From positions 96,001 to 160,000 of the forward strand of contig JAXHLW010000001.1 in assembly GCA_034521815.1 (NCBI GenBank): DNA of 64,000 nucleotides, written 5' to 3'. This document shows, piece after piece, positions 1-10,167 of the stretch (position 1 is its first letter; every line of letters starts with the position of its first letter). The position numbers and the translations under genes were made by a program. The notes under the pieces were generated by a model that saw only the letters and a program-made list of their open reading frames with translations, did no database searches and was not told the origin of the DNA. The stretch is from Trueperaceae bacterium. GTDB taxonomy: Bacteria; Deinococcota; Deinococci; Deinococcales; Trueperaceae.

Positions 1-713
1 GAGAGGTGGATCGCGGCCTCGTCCGGGCCGACCTTTGCAAACGCCGTGCCTGCCGAGGCCGTTGCGTCGTCGGGCAGGTCGGCCATCAGGTAGACGTCGC
101 CGTAGGCGCGTCCGTCCACGGCGGCGCCCATCAGCTGCGCGACGTCGGCGCGCGCCCCGACGCAGGCGACCAGCAGGCCGACCCGCAGACGGCTCGGACA
201 CCCGCGCGCCCCGGTGGCGCGCGTCTCGGCCACCTCGACCGTGACGGCGGGTCCGTCGTCGCGCCACGACACGACGCGGCTGCCGCGCCTGAGCGCGTTC
301 GGCGCCAGCTGGGCCAGGCGAGCCTCGAGCACCGCTTCGGTCACGTGTTGCGGCACCGTCAGCACGAACGGCCACGGACCGAGGAGCGTGCGCGCGAAGT
401 CCAGCGTTCCCAGGTGCCGTACGCCGCGAATCGCGTCGCCGGCGAACGCATGGCCGCGGCGCACGTGGACGCCGCGCTTCAGCAGCGCTTCTGCCACCCC
501 GATCTCGTCGAGGGCGGCCAGGCCGGGAGGGTGAATGCCGATCGCCCGCGAGTGACGGGTCGGCGTCTCGCGAGCCTCGAGCACCACCACGCGAAGACCG
601 TCCTGGGCCAGGCGTGCAGCCAGGTAGAGGCCCGCGGCGCCCGCTCCGACGACGGCGACGTCCGCATCGAGCGCCGCGTCCGTCGACACGTCGTTCGAGG
701 CCGTGCGTGTCAC
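1..713 (-). CDS. FAD-dependent monooxygenase/oxidoreductase (runs off the left edge of the window)
   Basis: Not in the ORF track. Manual minus-strand translation from GTG 713 gives ...DADVAVVGAGAAGLYLAARLAQDGLRVVVLEARETPTRHSRAIGIHPPG..., with the GxGxxG FAD motif and RAxGI motif. GTGA overlap with the methyltransferase stop. Confidence 0.85.
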   Translation of the reverse strand, partial: MTRTASNDVSTDAALDADVAVVGAGAAGLYLAARLAQDGLRVVVLEARETPTRHSRAIGIHPPGLAALDEIGVAEALLKRGVHVRRGHAFAGDAIRGVRHLGTLDFARTLLGPWPFVLTVPQHVTEAVLEARLAQLAPNALRRGSRVVSWRDDGPAVTVEVAETRATGARGCPSRLRVGLLVACVGARADVAQLMGAAVDGRAYGDVYLMADLPDDATASAGTAFAKVGPDEAAIHL

Positions 714-1423
714 CGCCGTGCCCCGCGCACGACCCACTGCCGGAACCACCCCACCGGCTTCGCCTCGAAGCCGGGAGGCAGCTGGGGCCGAAGCTCGGAC
801 GGCAGGTACGCCCGCCGGATCGAGCGGAACCCGTCCTCGCGGATGTAGGAGCCGCGGAACGGGAGCGAGAACAGCGCGAAGGCGGGAATCGCCAGAGGGT
901 TTCGCCGTAGGTCGTTGTGCAGCACCGTGTTGCGGGCCAAGAGGTCGCTGGCCCGCAAGAACGTGGCGACCTCGTCTTCGGTCAAGTGGTGGAGCACGTG
1001 ATTCGAGACGACGAGGTCGAAACGCGCACCGTCCGCCGCGAGGTCCAGAGCGTCGTCGTCCCTGAACGTCACGCTGGGCGGTACGGCCCGTCGCCGCGCG
1101 AACGCCAGCGCCCGGCGGTCCGGATCGATCGCGACGATTCGCAGCGGAACGCCGTCGCGTGCTGCCCAGGCGGCCAGCCGCCGCGCCAGGTCGCCGCCGC
1201 CGCAGCCCACGTCGAGCAGCTCGGCCACGCCGCGGTCGGCGGCCGCGGCACGCGCGGCGGGCCTGAGCGTTCGGGTCCAGGCTGCGTGCCAGCCCGAGAG
1301 CAGCTGGTTCAGCACGGCGAACTGACCGTAGGTCCGGTCCAGCATGGTCGGGTCGCAGTCCGGCTCGTCCATGCGCTCGCGCAGCGCCTCGGCGCGGTGC
1401 CTGAGGAGCGGGCCGCCGTTCAC
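710..1423 (-). CDS. Class I SAM-dependent methyltransferase (type III PKS-associated)
   Basis: LLDVGCGGGD SAM motif, FDLVVSNHVLHHL, N-terminal ERMDEPDCD. Start trimmed to GTG 1423, which overlaps the PKS stop (GTGA). Confidence 0.85.
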   Translation of the reverse strand: MNGGPLLRHRAEALRERMDEPDCDPTMLDRTYGQFAVLNQLLSGWHAAWTRTLRPAARAAAADRGVAELLDVGCGGGDLARRLAAWAARDGVPLRIVAIDPDRRALAFARRRAVPPSVTFRDDDALDLAADGARFDLVVSNHVLHHLTEDEVATFLRASDLLARNTVLHNDLRRNPLAIPAFALFSLPFRGSYIREDGFRSIRRAYLPSELRPQLPPGFEAKPVGWFRQWVVRGARR

Positions 1424-2580
1424 GTGGTCCGGAACAGGCCCGTCGCGACGGTGAGGCCGGGTCCGAACGCCATGGCGACGATCGGCTCGTCGGCAGGAGC
1501 GGGCTCTCGCAGCAGGTCGGCCAGGACGAACAGGACCGTGGCGCTGGACATGTTGCCGTTCTGGGCCAGGACGCGGCGCGAGGAGGCCAGCGCCTCGGGC
1601 CCCAGCTCCAAACCCGCCGCCAGCTTGTCCAGGATGGCGCGACCGCCGGGGTGCACGGCCCAGCGACGCACCTCGGCGAGCTCGGTTCCGCTTCGCTCCA
1701 GAAGCGGACGCAGGGCGCCGGACGCCTTCTCGCCCACGATGGAGGGCACGTAGGAGCTGAGCACCATCTCGAAGCCGTGATCGCCGATCGTCCACGCCAT
1801 GTCCGACGCGCCTTCGGGCGCCACGTCGTCCACGAACGCGTCCATCCGCAAGGCGGGGCCGTGCGGCGTCCGTGCCGAGACGACCGCGCCGGCCGCGCCG
1901 TCCGCGAACACGCTAGCGGCCACGACCGCGTCGACGTCCCGGGACGGCTGCAGGTGCAGCGTGCACAGCTCGACCGACACGACGAGCACCACGGCGTCCG
2001 GATCGGCGAGGCAGAACGCGCGCGCCATGCGCAGTGCCGGAAAGGCGGCGTAGCAGCCCATGAACCCGAGGTGGTAACGCTCGGTGCCCGGGCTCAGGCC
2101 CAGCGCCTGAACGACGTCCAGGTCGGGCCCGGGCGCGTAGAAGCCGGTGCACGACACGGTCACGAGGTGGGTGACGTCCTGCGGGCCGAACCCGTCCGCG
2201 CCGTCCAGCGCGCGCCGGGCCGCGGAGGCGAACAGCGCGCCCGCCTCCTGGCGATAGCGCTCGTTGCGCTCGGCGGTACCGGGGTTGCGGAACCCACCCG
2301 CGTCGTCGACGTAGAACCCGCCGCCGCGCTGGACAGGGGCGAGCGTCCAGGCTCCATCCGCGTCCAGGCTCCCGCCTGCCGGCTCCGCGTCGGCGGAGGC
2401 CAGGAAATCCTCGAGCACGCTGTGTCGCCGGTCGATGCCCGAATGCCCGTAGATGCGGTGCAGAAGCCGGTCCGTGCGGCGATCGCCGCCGATCCACGCC
2501 TGCATGACCTGCCGCGCCTCGGTCTGCGAGTACGACCTGGCGGGAACGACGGTCGCGACGTTGTGGAGATGGACGGCCAT
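1420..2580 (-). CDS. Type III polyketide synthase (chalcone/stilbene synthase-like)
   Basis: Catalytic triad motifs GFMGCYAA (Cys), HPGG (His), GNMSS (Asn); AFGPGLT near the C-terminus. TATCCT -10 box 5 nt before ATG 2580. Confidence 0.93.
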   Translation of the reverse strand: MAVHLHNVATVVPARSYSQTEARQVMQAWIGGDRRTDRLLHRIYGHSGIDRRHSVLEDFLASADAEPAGGSLDADGAWTLAPVQRGGGFYVDDAGGFRNPGTAERNERYRQEAGALFASAARRALDGADGFGPQDVTHLVTVSCTGFYAPGPDLDVVQALGLSPGTERYHLGFMGCYAAFPALRMARAFCLADPDAVVLVVSVELCTLHLQPSRDVDAVVAASVFADGAAGAVVSARTPHGPALRMDAFVDDVAPEGASDMAWTIGDHGFEMVLSSYVPSIVGEKASGALRPLLERSGTELAEVRRWAVHPGGRAILDKLAAGLELGPEALASSRRVLAQNGNMSSATVLFVLADLLREPAPADEPIVAMAFGPGLTVATGLFRTT

Positions 2581-2662
2581 GATCGAGGATAGACCGTCGC
2601 GCAAGGTGGCTCGGTACGAAGGAGCGCAGTCGACGCTTCATCCGGGCGCGGTAACCTGAAGC

Positions 2663-3727
2663 ATGGCCGACGTCCAGGTGCAGGCGAGTCCGTTCGGAAC
2701 GACCGCGACCGGCGTGGCGGTGACGCGCTTCGATCTGAGCGCGCCGGACGGGTCGGGCGTCTCGGTGCTCGATTTCGGCGCGGTGGTGCTCGAGGTGCGC
2801 GTGCCCGACCGCGACGGTCGCCTCGCGAACGTGGTGCTGGGGCACGCCGAGCTGGGGGGCTACGAACGGAACGCGCCGTACTTCGGCGCCGTGGTGGGAC
2901 GCTGCGCGAACCGGATCGCGGGGGCGCGCTTCACGCTGGACGGCGAGGAGCATCGGCTTGCCGCCAACGAGGGCCGCCACCAGCTTCACGGCGGTCCGGG
3001 CGGCTTCCACCTGCGCGCTTGGCACGGCCAGGCCGCGTCCAGCGGCGACGGCCGCGCCGAGGTGATTCTTCGTCGCGTCAGTCCGGACGGCGAGGAGGCG
3101 TACCCCGGAACCGCCGAGGTCGAGGCGCGCATCGGCTGGTCGGTACGGCACGAGCTGAGCATCGAGCTGCACGCCCGCGCCGATGCTCCGACGCTCATGA
3201 ACCTCGCCCATCACGGCTACTGGAACCTGGCGGGAGAGGGGTCGGGCAGCGTCGACGACCATCTCCTGGCCGTGGCCGCCGACGCGTACCTGCCGGTGGG
3301 CACGACGCTGATTCCGACCGGCGAGCTGGCGGCGGTCGCCGGCACCCCGTTCGATCTCCGCTCCGGACGCCGGATCGGGGACGTCGTCCGGGCCGGGCAC
3401 CGCCAGGTCCGCATCGCGAACGGGATCGACCACAACCTGGTGCTTTCGCGAGAGGTGGGCGAGGCCGCCCGGCTCACGGACCCGCGCAGCGGCCGCCGAC
3501 TGCGACTCCTGACCGACCAGCCCGGCCTGCAGGTGTACACCGGCAACGCGCTCGACGGCCGGATCGTGGGGCGGTCCGGCCGCGCCTACCGTCAGGGCGA
3601 CGGCGTGGCGCTCGAGGCACAGGGCTTTCCCGACGCGCCGCACCATCCCCACTTCCCGTCCGTGGTGCTGCGGCCGGGAGACGCGTACCGGTCGAGCACC
3701 GTGTTCGCCTTCGACGCGGACGGCTAA
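2663..3727 (+). CDS. galM: Aldose 1-epimerase (galactose mutarotase)
   Basis: YFGAVVGRCANRI, LHGG, NLAHHGYWNL, QVYTGN, ALEAQGFPDAPHHP motifs. Confidence 0.92.
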   Translation: MADVQVQASPFGTTATGVAVTRFDLSAPDGSGVSVLDFGAVVLEVRVPDRDGRLANVVLGHAELGGYERNAPYFGAVVGRCANRIAGARFTLDGEEHRLAANEGRHQLHGGPGGFHLRAWHGQAASSGDGRAEVILRRVSPDGEEAYPGTAEVEARIGWSVRHELSIELHARADAPTLMNLAHHGYWNLAGEGSGSVDDHLLAVAADAYLPVGTTLIPTGELAAVAGTPFDLRSGRRIGDVVRAGHRQVRIANGIDHNLVLSREVGEAARLTDPRSGRRLRLLTDQPGLQVYTGNALDGRIVGRSGRAYRQGDGVALEAQGFPDAPHHPHFPSVVLRPGDAYRSSTVFAFDADG

Positions 3728-4302
3728 GTCGCGCCGAACGGCAGGCGGGCGATCAGGTCGTGGCGCGCGCCGTCAGCGCCCAGCACACTGCGAATCAGCC
3801 GGATGTGGCCGGCGGTCGCCAGCGGCGCACGCGCCTCGACCTGGGGCAGCGCGACGGTGCGGCCGCGACGTGTCCGAGCGACGGTGAGATGAGGCGTGAA
3901 CGCTCGCGGGTCCGCGGGCGCCACGCCTTGGGCCGACAGCGCCGCGACGAGCGCTTCTTCCAGCGCGACGAGCGCGTCTCGCCCTTCGGCGATATCCAGC
4001 CAAGCGACGCGCGCCCTCTGCGCCGACGGGAACCCGTCCAGGCGGCTCGGTCGCCAGGTGAACGGGGACGTCCGCCTCGCGGCGAGGGCGGCGGCCCGAA
4101 CCACCGCGCCACGGCGATCGATCGCGACGTCACCCAGGAACGACAAGGTGAGATGAACCTGCTCTGGCGGCGACCATCGCAACGCTCGCGCCAGGCGGGC
4201 ATCGTCCTGAAGCGTCGCCTGGAGGTCCGTTACGGCTCGTCGCTGCGAGGGGGAGGGGTCGACGGCGAGGAACAGGCGCTCGGTCGGGAGGTCGTTGGCC
4301 AT
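3724..4302 (-). CDS. thpR: RNA 2',3'-cyclic phosphodiesterase (2H phosphoesterase, LigT family)
   Basis: RLFLAVD N-terminus and two HxT motifs (VHLTLSFLG, PHLTVAR). Real start taken as ATG 4302 inside the long ORF 3724..5976. Confidence 0.88.
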   Translation of the reverse strand: MANDLPTERLFLAVDPSPSQRRAVTDLQATLQDDARLARALRWSPPEQVHLTLSFLGDVAIDRRGAVVRAAALAARRTSPFTWRPSRLDGFPSAQRARVAWLDIAEGRDALVALEEALVAALSAQGVAPADPRAFTPHLTVARTRRGRTVALPQVEARAPLATAGHIRLIRSVLGADGARHDLIARLPFGAT

Positions 4303-4370
4303 GGAGCTCCTGGCGGCTCGGGCCGCCGTGTGCGGACCGAGGCGCGTACGTCTACTGTACGGGGCGGCGC

Positions 4371-4409
4371 CACGCCGCTCGGCAAGCCGCTCGGCACGCC
4401 GCTCGCCAC
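4371..4409. repeat. Short tandem repeat, ~3 x 12 bp (CACGCCGCTCGG), intergenic
   Basis: cacgccgctcgg caagccgctcgg cacgccgctcgc cac, read directly. Confidence 0.7.
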
Positions 4410-4490
4410 GGCGGTCGGGGCCGGGCTGGGTATCATGACCCGTCGCCCGGATCCGCATGGCTTTCAGGGTCCATCCCCATTCGGAGGAAC

Positions 4491-4874
4491 GTGCCTGTCC
4501 TACCTCGCATCCGTCGCTCGCTGTCGTGCCTCGTCGTCGCGGTCGCGCTGGGCGCGGCCTGGGCCGCGGCTCCGTGCGACGCGTTGCTCTCCGACTACCT
4601 CGACACCGCTGGCGGATCCACGCTGCCGTGCCTGGTCGATCTTCAGGAGAGCGGCATGTGCTTCCGCTTGCCCGGCATGACGCTGGACGCCGCCACCCGA
4701 ACGCTGGACGCGCACCTGCAGGCGCAGGGCGTGCCCAGGCCCGAGTGGCGCACGACGGTCGCGGCGAACGGGACCGTCGTGCCGGCCGCGAGCGGCGATA
4801 CGCTCGAGATCGTGATCGCTGCGGACGGACCGTTCGCGACGATGGGAACGTGCCGGATCTTTCCAGAGCGCTGA
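4491..4874 (+). CDS. Hypothetical secreted protein with 4 Cys in the mature part
   Basis: Signal-peptide-like N-terminus (RIRRSLSCLVVAVALGAAWAAA), preceded by GGAGGA RBS. Confidence 0.6.
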   Translation: MPVLPRIRRSLSCLVVAVALGAAWAAAPCDALLSDYLDTAGGSTLPCLVDLQESGMCFRLPGMTLDAATRTLDAHLQAQGVPRPEWRTTVAANGTVVPAASGDTLEIVIAADGPFATMGTCRIFPER

Positions 4875-4889
4875 GAGACGCGGGCCGAC

Positions 4890-5831
4890 TCAGCCTCGCG
4901 CCGAGTCCTGGTCGTCGACGTCGTCCGCGCTTGGTTCGCTCGGCGCGTCGTCGGGGTTCGTCGCGTCCGGCGCGCCTTGCGACGGCGGCTCGGCGGCGGA
5001 CGGGACCGGCCCCTGCGCATGGAGCGTCACCTGCGGGAACGGAATCTCGATCCCGGCCCGGTCGAACGCCGACTTGACCTGTCGCTGAACGTCGTTGCGG
5101 ACCTCCAGGTACGCCTCTTTCCGTGCCCAGACGCTGAACTGGAGGTCGATCGACGAGGCGCCGTAGCCCTGCGCGATGATCAGCGGCGCCGGCTCCTCGA
5201 GCACCAGGGGATTGGCGTCCGCCACCTCCATCAGCACCGCGTGGACCTTTCCCAGATCGGAGCCGTACGCCACGCCGATTTGAAGGTCGTAGCGGCGGAT
5301 CGGGAACCGGTTGAGGTTCGTGATGTCGGCCTTCATCATCGTCTCGTTCGGGATTCGGACCATCAGGTTGTCGAACGTCCGAAGCCGCGTCGACAGCATG
5401 TCGATCGCCAGCACCTCGCCCGTGACGCCGTTGACCCTGATGATGTCGCCGATCGACACCGTTCCCTCGATGCCGAGGAACAGGCCGCTGATCACGTTCG
5501 AGGCGCTGGTCTGGGACGCGAACGCCGCGGCCGCGGTCAGGATCCCGACCGCGCCCAGGACGACCGCGAAGTCGAACCCCAGCTCCCGCAGGGCGGACAC
5601 CACGAACACGCCCAGCACCGCCCACGATGCGACGCGCTGGACCAGCACCCGCGTCTGAGCGTGCGACGCGTACATGACGCGACTCAGGACCCTCCGGACC
5701 ACCCGCGCCAGCACCACGCCGACGACGAGAAGAAGGCTCGCTCGGAGCAGGGGCGCCCAGAGCGACACGTCGCCCAGCGCTCGCAAGCCCTCGATCGAGG
5801 CTCGCCAGAGGCGCACGGCCCACTCGGTCAC
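4890..5831 (-). CDS. Small-conductance mechanosensitive channel (MscS family)
   Basis: AFASQTSASNVISG, IGDIIRV, STRLRTFDNLMVRIPNE, GIEIPFPQ motifs. Start GTG 5831 overlaps the upstream stop. Confidence 0.92.
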   Translation of the reverse strand: MTEWAVRLWRASIEGLRALGDVSLWAPLLRASLLLVVGVVLARVVRRVLSRVMYASHAQTRVLVQRVASWAVLGVFVVSALRELGFDFAVVLGAVGILTAAAAFASQTSASNVISGLFLGIEGTVSIGDIIRVNGVTGEVLAIDMLSTRLRTFDNLMVRIPNETMMKADITNLNRFPIRRYDLQIGVAYGSDLGKVHAVLMEVADANPLVLEEPAPLIIAQGYGASSIDLQFSVWARKEAYLEVRNDVQRQVKSAFDRAGIEIPFPQVTLHAQGPVPSAAEPPSQGAPDATNPDDAPSEPSADDVDDQDSARG

Positions 5832-6646
5832 GACGCCGCTCCCTGTCGAAGCCAGCGTCCGAACGTCCTGAGCGACAGCGCGGTGTCGGGCCGCCCGCGC
5901 GGCTGGGCGATCGCGACGACCGATCCGGCTTCCGAGGGCGCGCCGGGCTGCACCACGATGTCCGCACGGTCCGCACCCTCGCTGTTGGTGAGCACGATCT
6001 GCGGCGTCCACAGCCCGCGCGGGCCGGCCAGCAGCGGCAGGATGCCGACGGGAAGCTTCAGGCGCTCCAGGGGGAGGGGCTCCTTGGCGCGGTTGCGGAT
6101 GCGGACGGGCGTGATGGCGCGATGCGGGCGTACGGGGAGCTCGGAGAGATCCAGGCGCCCGGTCGTGCGCGACGCGTAGCACAGCTCGCCCTCCACGGTG
6201 GAGGGGCCGAACCAGGTGTCGGACGGCCGGAAGAACGGCGCCTCGAACAGGGTGTGACGCGGATCGACGGTCGCGGCCGAGAACCAGAGCGGCGTGCTCA
6301 CGTACAGCAGGGTCGTCTGTCCGGCGGGGATCGTGAGCGGATCCGCCGGCCTCACGACGACGTCGCGATCGGCGAGACGGGGCTCCAGCGCCAGAGACGC
6401 TGGCGACGCGTCGAACGCGAATCGTCGCGTGCTGGTCGTGGCGCCGGCCGTCGCCGGCTGTGCCGGGTCGACGACCTCGGCGACCTCCAAGTCGGCCTCG
6501 AGGGGGTCGTCGCCGGTCGCCACCGTCACGCGCCATTCGTGCGCCCGACGCTCGGCGGTCAGGGACGCCGGTCCGATCGTCCAGCGACGGGCCTCGCCGA
6601 CGGCGATGCGACAGGGGCTCCACCACGACGGTGGCGAGGTGCTCAT
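5828..6646 (-). CDS. Hypothetical protein (DUF432-like), coupled to the MscS gene
   Basis: PRLADRDVVVRP, PSDTWFGPST.EGELCYA motifs resemble proteins often encoded next to MscS. TACACT -10 box 6 nt before ATG 6646. Confidence 0.65.
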   Translation of the reverse strand: MSTSPPSWWSPCRIAVGEARRWTIGPASLTAERRAHEWRVTVATGDDPLEADLEVAEVVDPAQPATAGATTSTRRFAFDASPASLALEPRLADRDVVVRPADPLTIPAGQTTLLYVSTPLWFSAATVDPRHTLFEAPFFRPSDTWFGPSTVEGELCYASRTTGRLDLSELPVRPHRAITPVRIRNRAKEPLPLERLKLPVGILPLLAGPRGLWTPQIVLTNSEGADRADIVVQPGAPSEAGSVVAIAQPRGRPDTALSLRTFGRWLRQGAAS

Positions 6647-6739
6647 GCGGTCAGTGTACGTGGGTCGCCGGCCAGCGTCGCCGCCCGCGACTCGGATGCG
6701 CGTCAATGATCACGACGTGCGGTGCCGGCGCGAGGGCGC

Positions 6740-9700
6740 CTAGCCGCCGTAGTGGTAACCGCGGACCTCGACCGGCCCGCCCAGCCCGACCACGGCGCGG
6801 GCGCGCACCGTCCAGGCCCGGCCGACGCGCTGCAGCACCCCGTCCACGATCAGCACCCGCGCGTCGCGGAGCATCTTCCAGTGCGCGTCCCACAGGTCGG
6901 GCGAGACGACGACCTGCGCCCGGTCGGGGCCGTCCTCGATCACGAAGAACGAGAAGCCCTGCGCGGTGCCCGGCTTCTGTCGTGCCACGATCAGCCCGCC
7001 GGTGCGGACCTCGCCGTCGCGGGCGCGCGCCAGCGGCACCGCGCCGAGGTCCAGCAGCTCGCGCCGCATCAGGTCGACGGGGTGCACGCCGGACTCGGCC
7101 AGGCCTTTCGTGCGGTAGTCCCAGACGGTGCGCTCGGCGAAGCCCAGCGCCTCCAGCGGCGGGACCGGCGGCGTGGTCCGGAAGAGCGGCGTCTGGCCGG
7201 GCGGGGTGGTGTGGTGCAGGGCGCGCGCCTCGAACAGCGCGTCGCGGCGGGACTGCAGCGTGTCGAACGCCCCACCGCGAGCGAGGGCCTCGAGCGCCTC
7301 GCCCGGCACCGCCAGGCGGCCGTACAGGTCGCGCAGGCCGCGGTACGGGCCGGCGCGGGCCCGCTCGAGCACGATCTCGCGCGCCACCTCGTCGGCCACG
7401 CCCTTCACGATCTGGAACGGAGGCCTGAGCCGCCGACGCGTGCGGGGTCCGCCTCCCGACCACGAGCCGGAGGCGCCCGGCCCGTCGTCGCTCTCGACGC
7501 GCCAGCCGACGTTCGAGGCGTTCACGTCCAGCGGCGCCATGCCGACGCTCCAGCGCTTGGCCTCCTGACGGAGGGTCGAGAGCGGCCACATGCCGGGGTG
7601 CTCGTTCATCACCGCGGCCAGGTAGGCGGCCGGGTGGTGGTGCCGGAGCCAGGCGCTGAGGTAGGCGTGCAGCCCGAACGCCCAGGCGTGCGACTCGGCG
7701 AAGCCGTAGCCGCGGAAGGCGGCCATGGCGTCGAAGATCGCCTGCGCCTCCTGGGCGGTGCAGCCGCGGGTCCGCATGGCGCCGTCCACGAAGGCGCGAT
7801 GCCAGTCGCGGATCTCGGCCTCGTCCTCGAAGGTGGTGACCTTCTTGCGGAACCGCTCGGCGTCGCTCCAGCTCATGCCCGCGACGTGCACGGCGATGCG
7901 CATCAGGTCCTCCTGGAACAGGATCACGCCGTAGCTCTTGGCCAGCACCGCCTCCAGCGACGGGTGGAGGTAGGTCACCGGCTCGCGGCCGTTGCGGCGG
8001 GCGACGTAGGGATGCACGGTGTTCGACTGGATCGGGCCGGGCCGGAACAGCGCCACCTGGTGCGCCAGGTCGGTCAGGGTGCGAGGCTGCAGCTGCACGC
8101 TCATCCGCACCTGGCCGGGCGACTCGATCTGGAACAGGCCCATCGTGTCGCCCTGCTGGATCGCGTCCCAGACGGTGTCGTCGTGCGGCGGGTCGCGCAG
8201 CTCCAGCCACGTTCCGTCCAGGCGATGGACCTCCTCCCGGGTCCGCTCGAACACGCTCAGCATCCGCAGGCCCAGCAGGTCCAGCTTGATCAGCCCCAGC
8301 GCCTCGACGTCGTCCTTGTCGAACTGCAGCAGCTTGATCCCGCCGCTGGAGCGCTGGATGGGGCTGTAGTGCATCAGCGGCTCGCGCCCCAGCACCACCC
8401 CGCCCGAGTGGGGCGCGACGTGCCGCACGAAGCGGGGCTCCATCCGCCGCATCAGCCCAAGCAGCTGATCGGTGACGGGGGCGTCGCCGAGCACCTCGCG
8501 GAAGATCTCCTCGGCCTCCAGCGCGTGGTGGGGACGGTGGTGGCGGTGCTGCCGCCCCAGCGCCTTGCTCAGCCGGTCGCGCGTCTCCGGCGGGATGCCC
8601 AGCGCGCGGCCCAGATCCTGCACCGCGCTGGGCAGGTAGTAGGTGATGCGGTTGCACACCATCGCCTCGGTCCGCGCGCCGAAGCGCCGCTCGACCCAGG
8701 CGAGCACCTCGTCGCGGCGGGCGGAGGCGATGTCGATGTCGATGTCGGGCGGGCTGGCCTTGCCGCCGTGCAGGAAACGCTCGAACAGCAGCTGGTGCTC
8801 GATCGGGTCCGCCTGGGTGATCGCCAGCAGGTAGCAGAGGATGCTGGCGGCGGCCGAGCCGCGGCCGCTGGCGACGATGCCGCGGTCGTGACAGAAGTCG
8901 GTGATCTCGGCGGCGGCCAGGAAGAACTCGGCGAAGCCCAGCGCGCGGACGGTGGCGAGCTCCTCCTCGAGCCGGGCGCGGGCGGTCAGCAGCGTCTCGC
9001 CCCGGTAGCGCGTCAGCAGCGCTTCGTACGCCCGGCGCTCCAGCTGCTCCTCGGCCGAGACGCCCTCGGGCAGGCGCGCCTTGGGAGGAACCAGCCGGTC
9101 GGGCAGCAGCGGCCAGCGGCACGCCTCGGCCAGGGCGTCGGTGTTCGCCAGCACGTCGGGCAGCAGCAGCGCCGGATCGGGCAGCGGCGTCAGGTCGCTC
9201 AGGTCGGGGCGCGGAATCGCCAGCGCGTCGTTCCGCGGCCGCTCGGGATGCGGCTCGTCGACGGTGACGCCCAGCCGGGCGCAGCTCAGCGCGTCGTGCA
9301 GGGACCACAGGTCGGCGGTGGCGTAGCGCACCTCGGGCGCGGCGACGGCCGGCAGGCGCCGCTGCCGGGCCAGGGTGCGCAGGTAGCGGGCGCGGCGCAG
9401 GTCGTCCGGGTGCGCGCCGAAGTACAGCTGGATCCAGAAGCGGTCCGGGTAGATCGCGGCGAGCCGGTCCAGGATCCGGTCGAGATCCCGGAAGCGACGT
9501 TGCGCCAACAGGCGGCTGGGGGCGCCGGCCCGCGCGCCGGAGAGGGCGTGCAGGTCGGTGGCGTGGGTCTCGAGCATCGGCAGGGTGACCTCGCCGCCCT
9601 GCTCGTGAGCGATGGTGAGCAGCTCGTTCAGGGTGGCGTAGCCGCGTCGCGAGGCGGCCAGCAGCGGTAGCGGCCAGACGTCGGCGTCGTCGCGCAGCGC

Positions 9701-9916
9701 CACGGTCGCGCCGACCAGCGCGTGGAGCCCGTGACGGCGTGCGGCCTGGTGCAGCTCGACCGCGCCGTACACGCCGTTCCGGTCGGTCAGCGCGACGCTT
9801 TCGTAGCCCAGCTCGGCGGCACGCTCGACCAGGCGGGTGGGGCTGCTGACGCCGCGCCCGAAGTCGAAGTAGCTGTGGGCGTTCAGCAGGTGACGAAGGC
9901 GGCGCGGGCGCGGCAT
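6740..9916 (-). CDS. dnaE2: Error-prone DNA polymerase III alpha subunit (DnaE2/ImuC)
   Basis: PHP domain (HSYFDF, ALTDRNGVYG), GRGSAAAS, PPDIDIDI, KLDLLGL, YGFAESHA, C-terminal OB fold (RQKPGTAQG). Start ATG 9916 overlaps the upstream stop. Confidence 0.93.
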   Translation of the reverse strand: MPRPRRLRHLLNAHSYFDFGRGVSSPTRLVERAAELGYESVALTDRNGVYGAVELHQAARRHGLHALVGATVALRDDADVWPLPLLAASRRGYATLNELLTIAHEQGGEVTLPMLETHATDLHALSGARAGAPSRLLAQRRFRDLDRILDRLAAIYPDRFWIQLYFGAHPDDLRRARYLRTLARQRRLPAVAAPEVRYATADLWSLHDALSCARLGVTVDEPHPERPRNDALAIPRPDLSDLTPLPDPALLLPDVLANTDALAEACRWPLLPDRLVPPKARLPEGVSAEEQLERRAYEALLTRYRGETLLTARARLEEELATVRALGFAEFFLAAAEITDFCHDRGIVASGRGSAAASILCYLLAITQADPIEHQLLFERFLHGGKASPPDIDIDIASARRDEVLAWVERRFGARTEAMVCNRITYYLPSAVQDLGRALGIPPETRDRLSKALGRQHRHHRPHHALEAEEIFREVLGDAPVTDQLLGLMRRMEPRFVRHVAPHSGGVVLGREPLMHYSPIQRSSGGIKLLQFDKDDVEALGLIKLDLLGLRMLSVFERTREEVHRLDGTWLELRDPPHDDTVWDAIQQGDTMGLFQIESPGQVRMSVQLQPRTLTDLAHQVALFRPGPIQSNTVHPYVARRNGREPVTYLHPSLEAVLAKSYGVILFQEDLMRIAVHVAGMSWSDAERFRKKVTTFEDEAEIRDWHRAFVDGAMRTRGCTAQEAQAIFDAMAAFRGYGFAESHAWAFGLHAYLSAWLRHHHPAAYLAAVMNEHPGMWPLSTLRQEAKRWSVGMAPLDVNASNVGWRVESDDGPGASGSWSGGGPRTRRRLRPPFQIVKGVADEVAREIVLERARAGPYRGLRDLYGRLAVPGEALEALARGGAFDTLQSRRDALFEARALHHTTPPGQTPLFRTTPPVPPLEALGFAERTVWDYRTKGLAESGVHPVDLMRRELLDLGAVPLARARDGEVRTGGLIVARQKPGTAQGFSFFVIEDGPDRAQVVVSPDLWDAHWKMLRDARVLIVDGVLQRVGRAWTVRARAVVGLGGPVEVRGYHYGG

Positions 9917-10167
9917 CAGTCCAGCATCCGTTCCAGGTGCCAGGCGCCGGCCTGCTCGTAGACCTCGAGGGTGAGGCCGTCGTCGAGCTCCAGCAGGTAG
10001 TGCCGGCTGGGCGTCTCGCCCCGCCACCAGCGGTTGCCCACCCGCCAGGCGTCGTGAACGCGGACGACGTCGCGGACGCGACCGTCGCCCAGCTGGAGTC
10101 GGGCGGGCAGGCCGTCACGAAGCGCGGCGCGCGCGACCCGACCAGCGGCGGGCGGGCGTGGCATCAT
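9916..10167 (-). CDS. Small DUF6504-like protein (mutasome accessory, resembles the ImuB C-terminal part)
   Basis: WRVGNRWWRGE...YLLEL...WHLERMLD pattern; overlaps both neighbours. Confidence 0.75.
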   Translation of the reverse strand: MMPRPPAAGRVARAALRDGLPARLQLGDGRVRDVVRVHDAWRVGNRWWRGETPSRHYLLELDDGLTLEVYEQAGAWHLERMLD

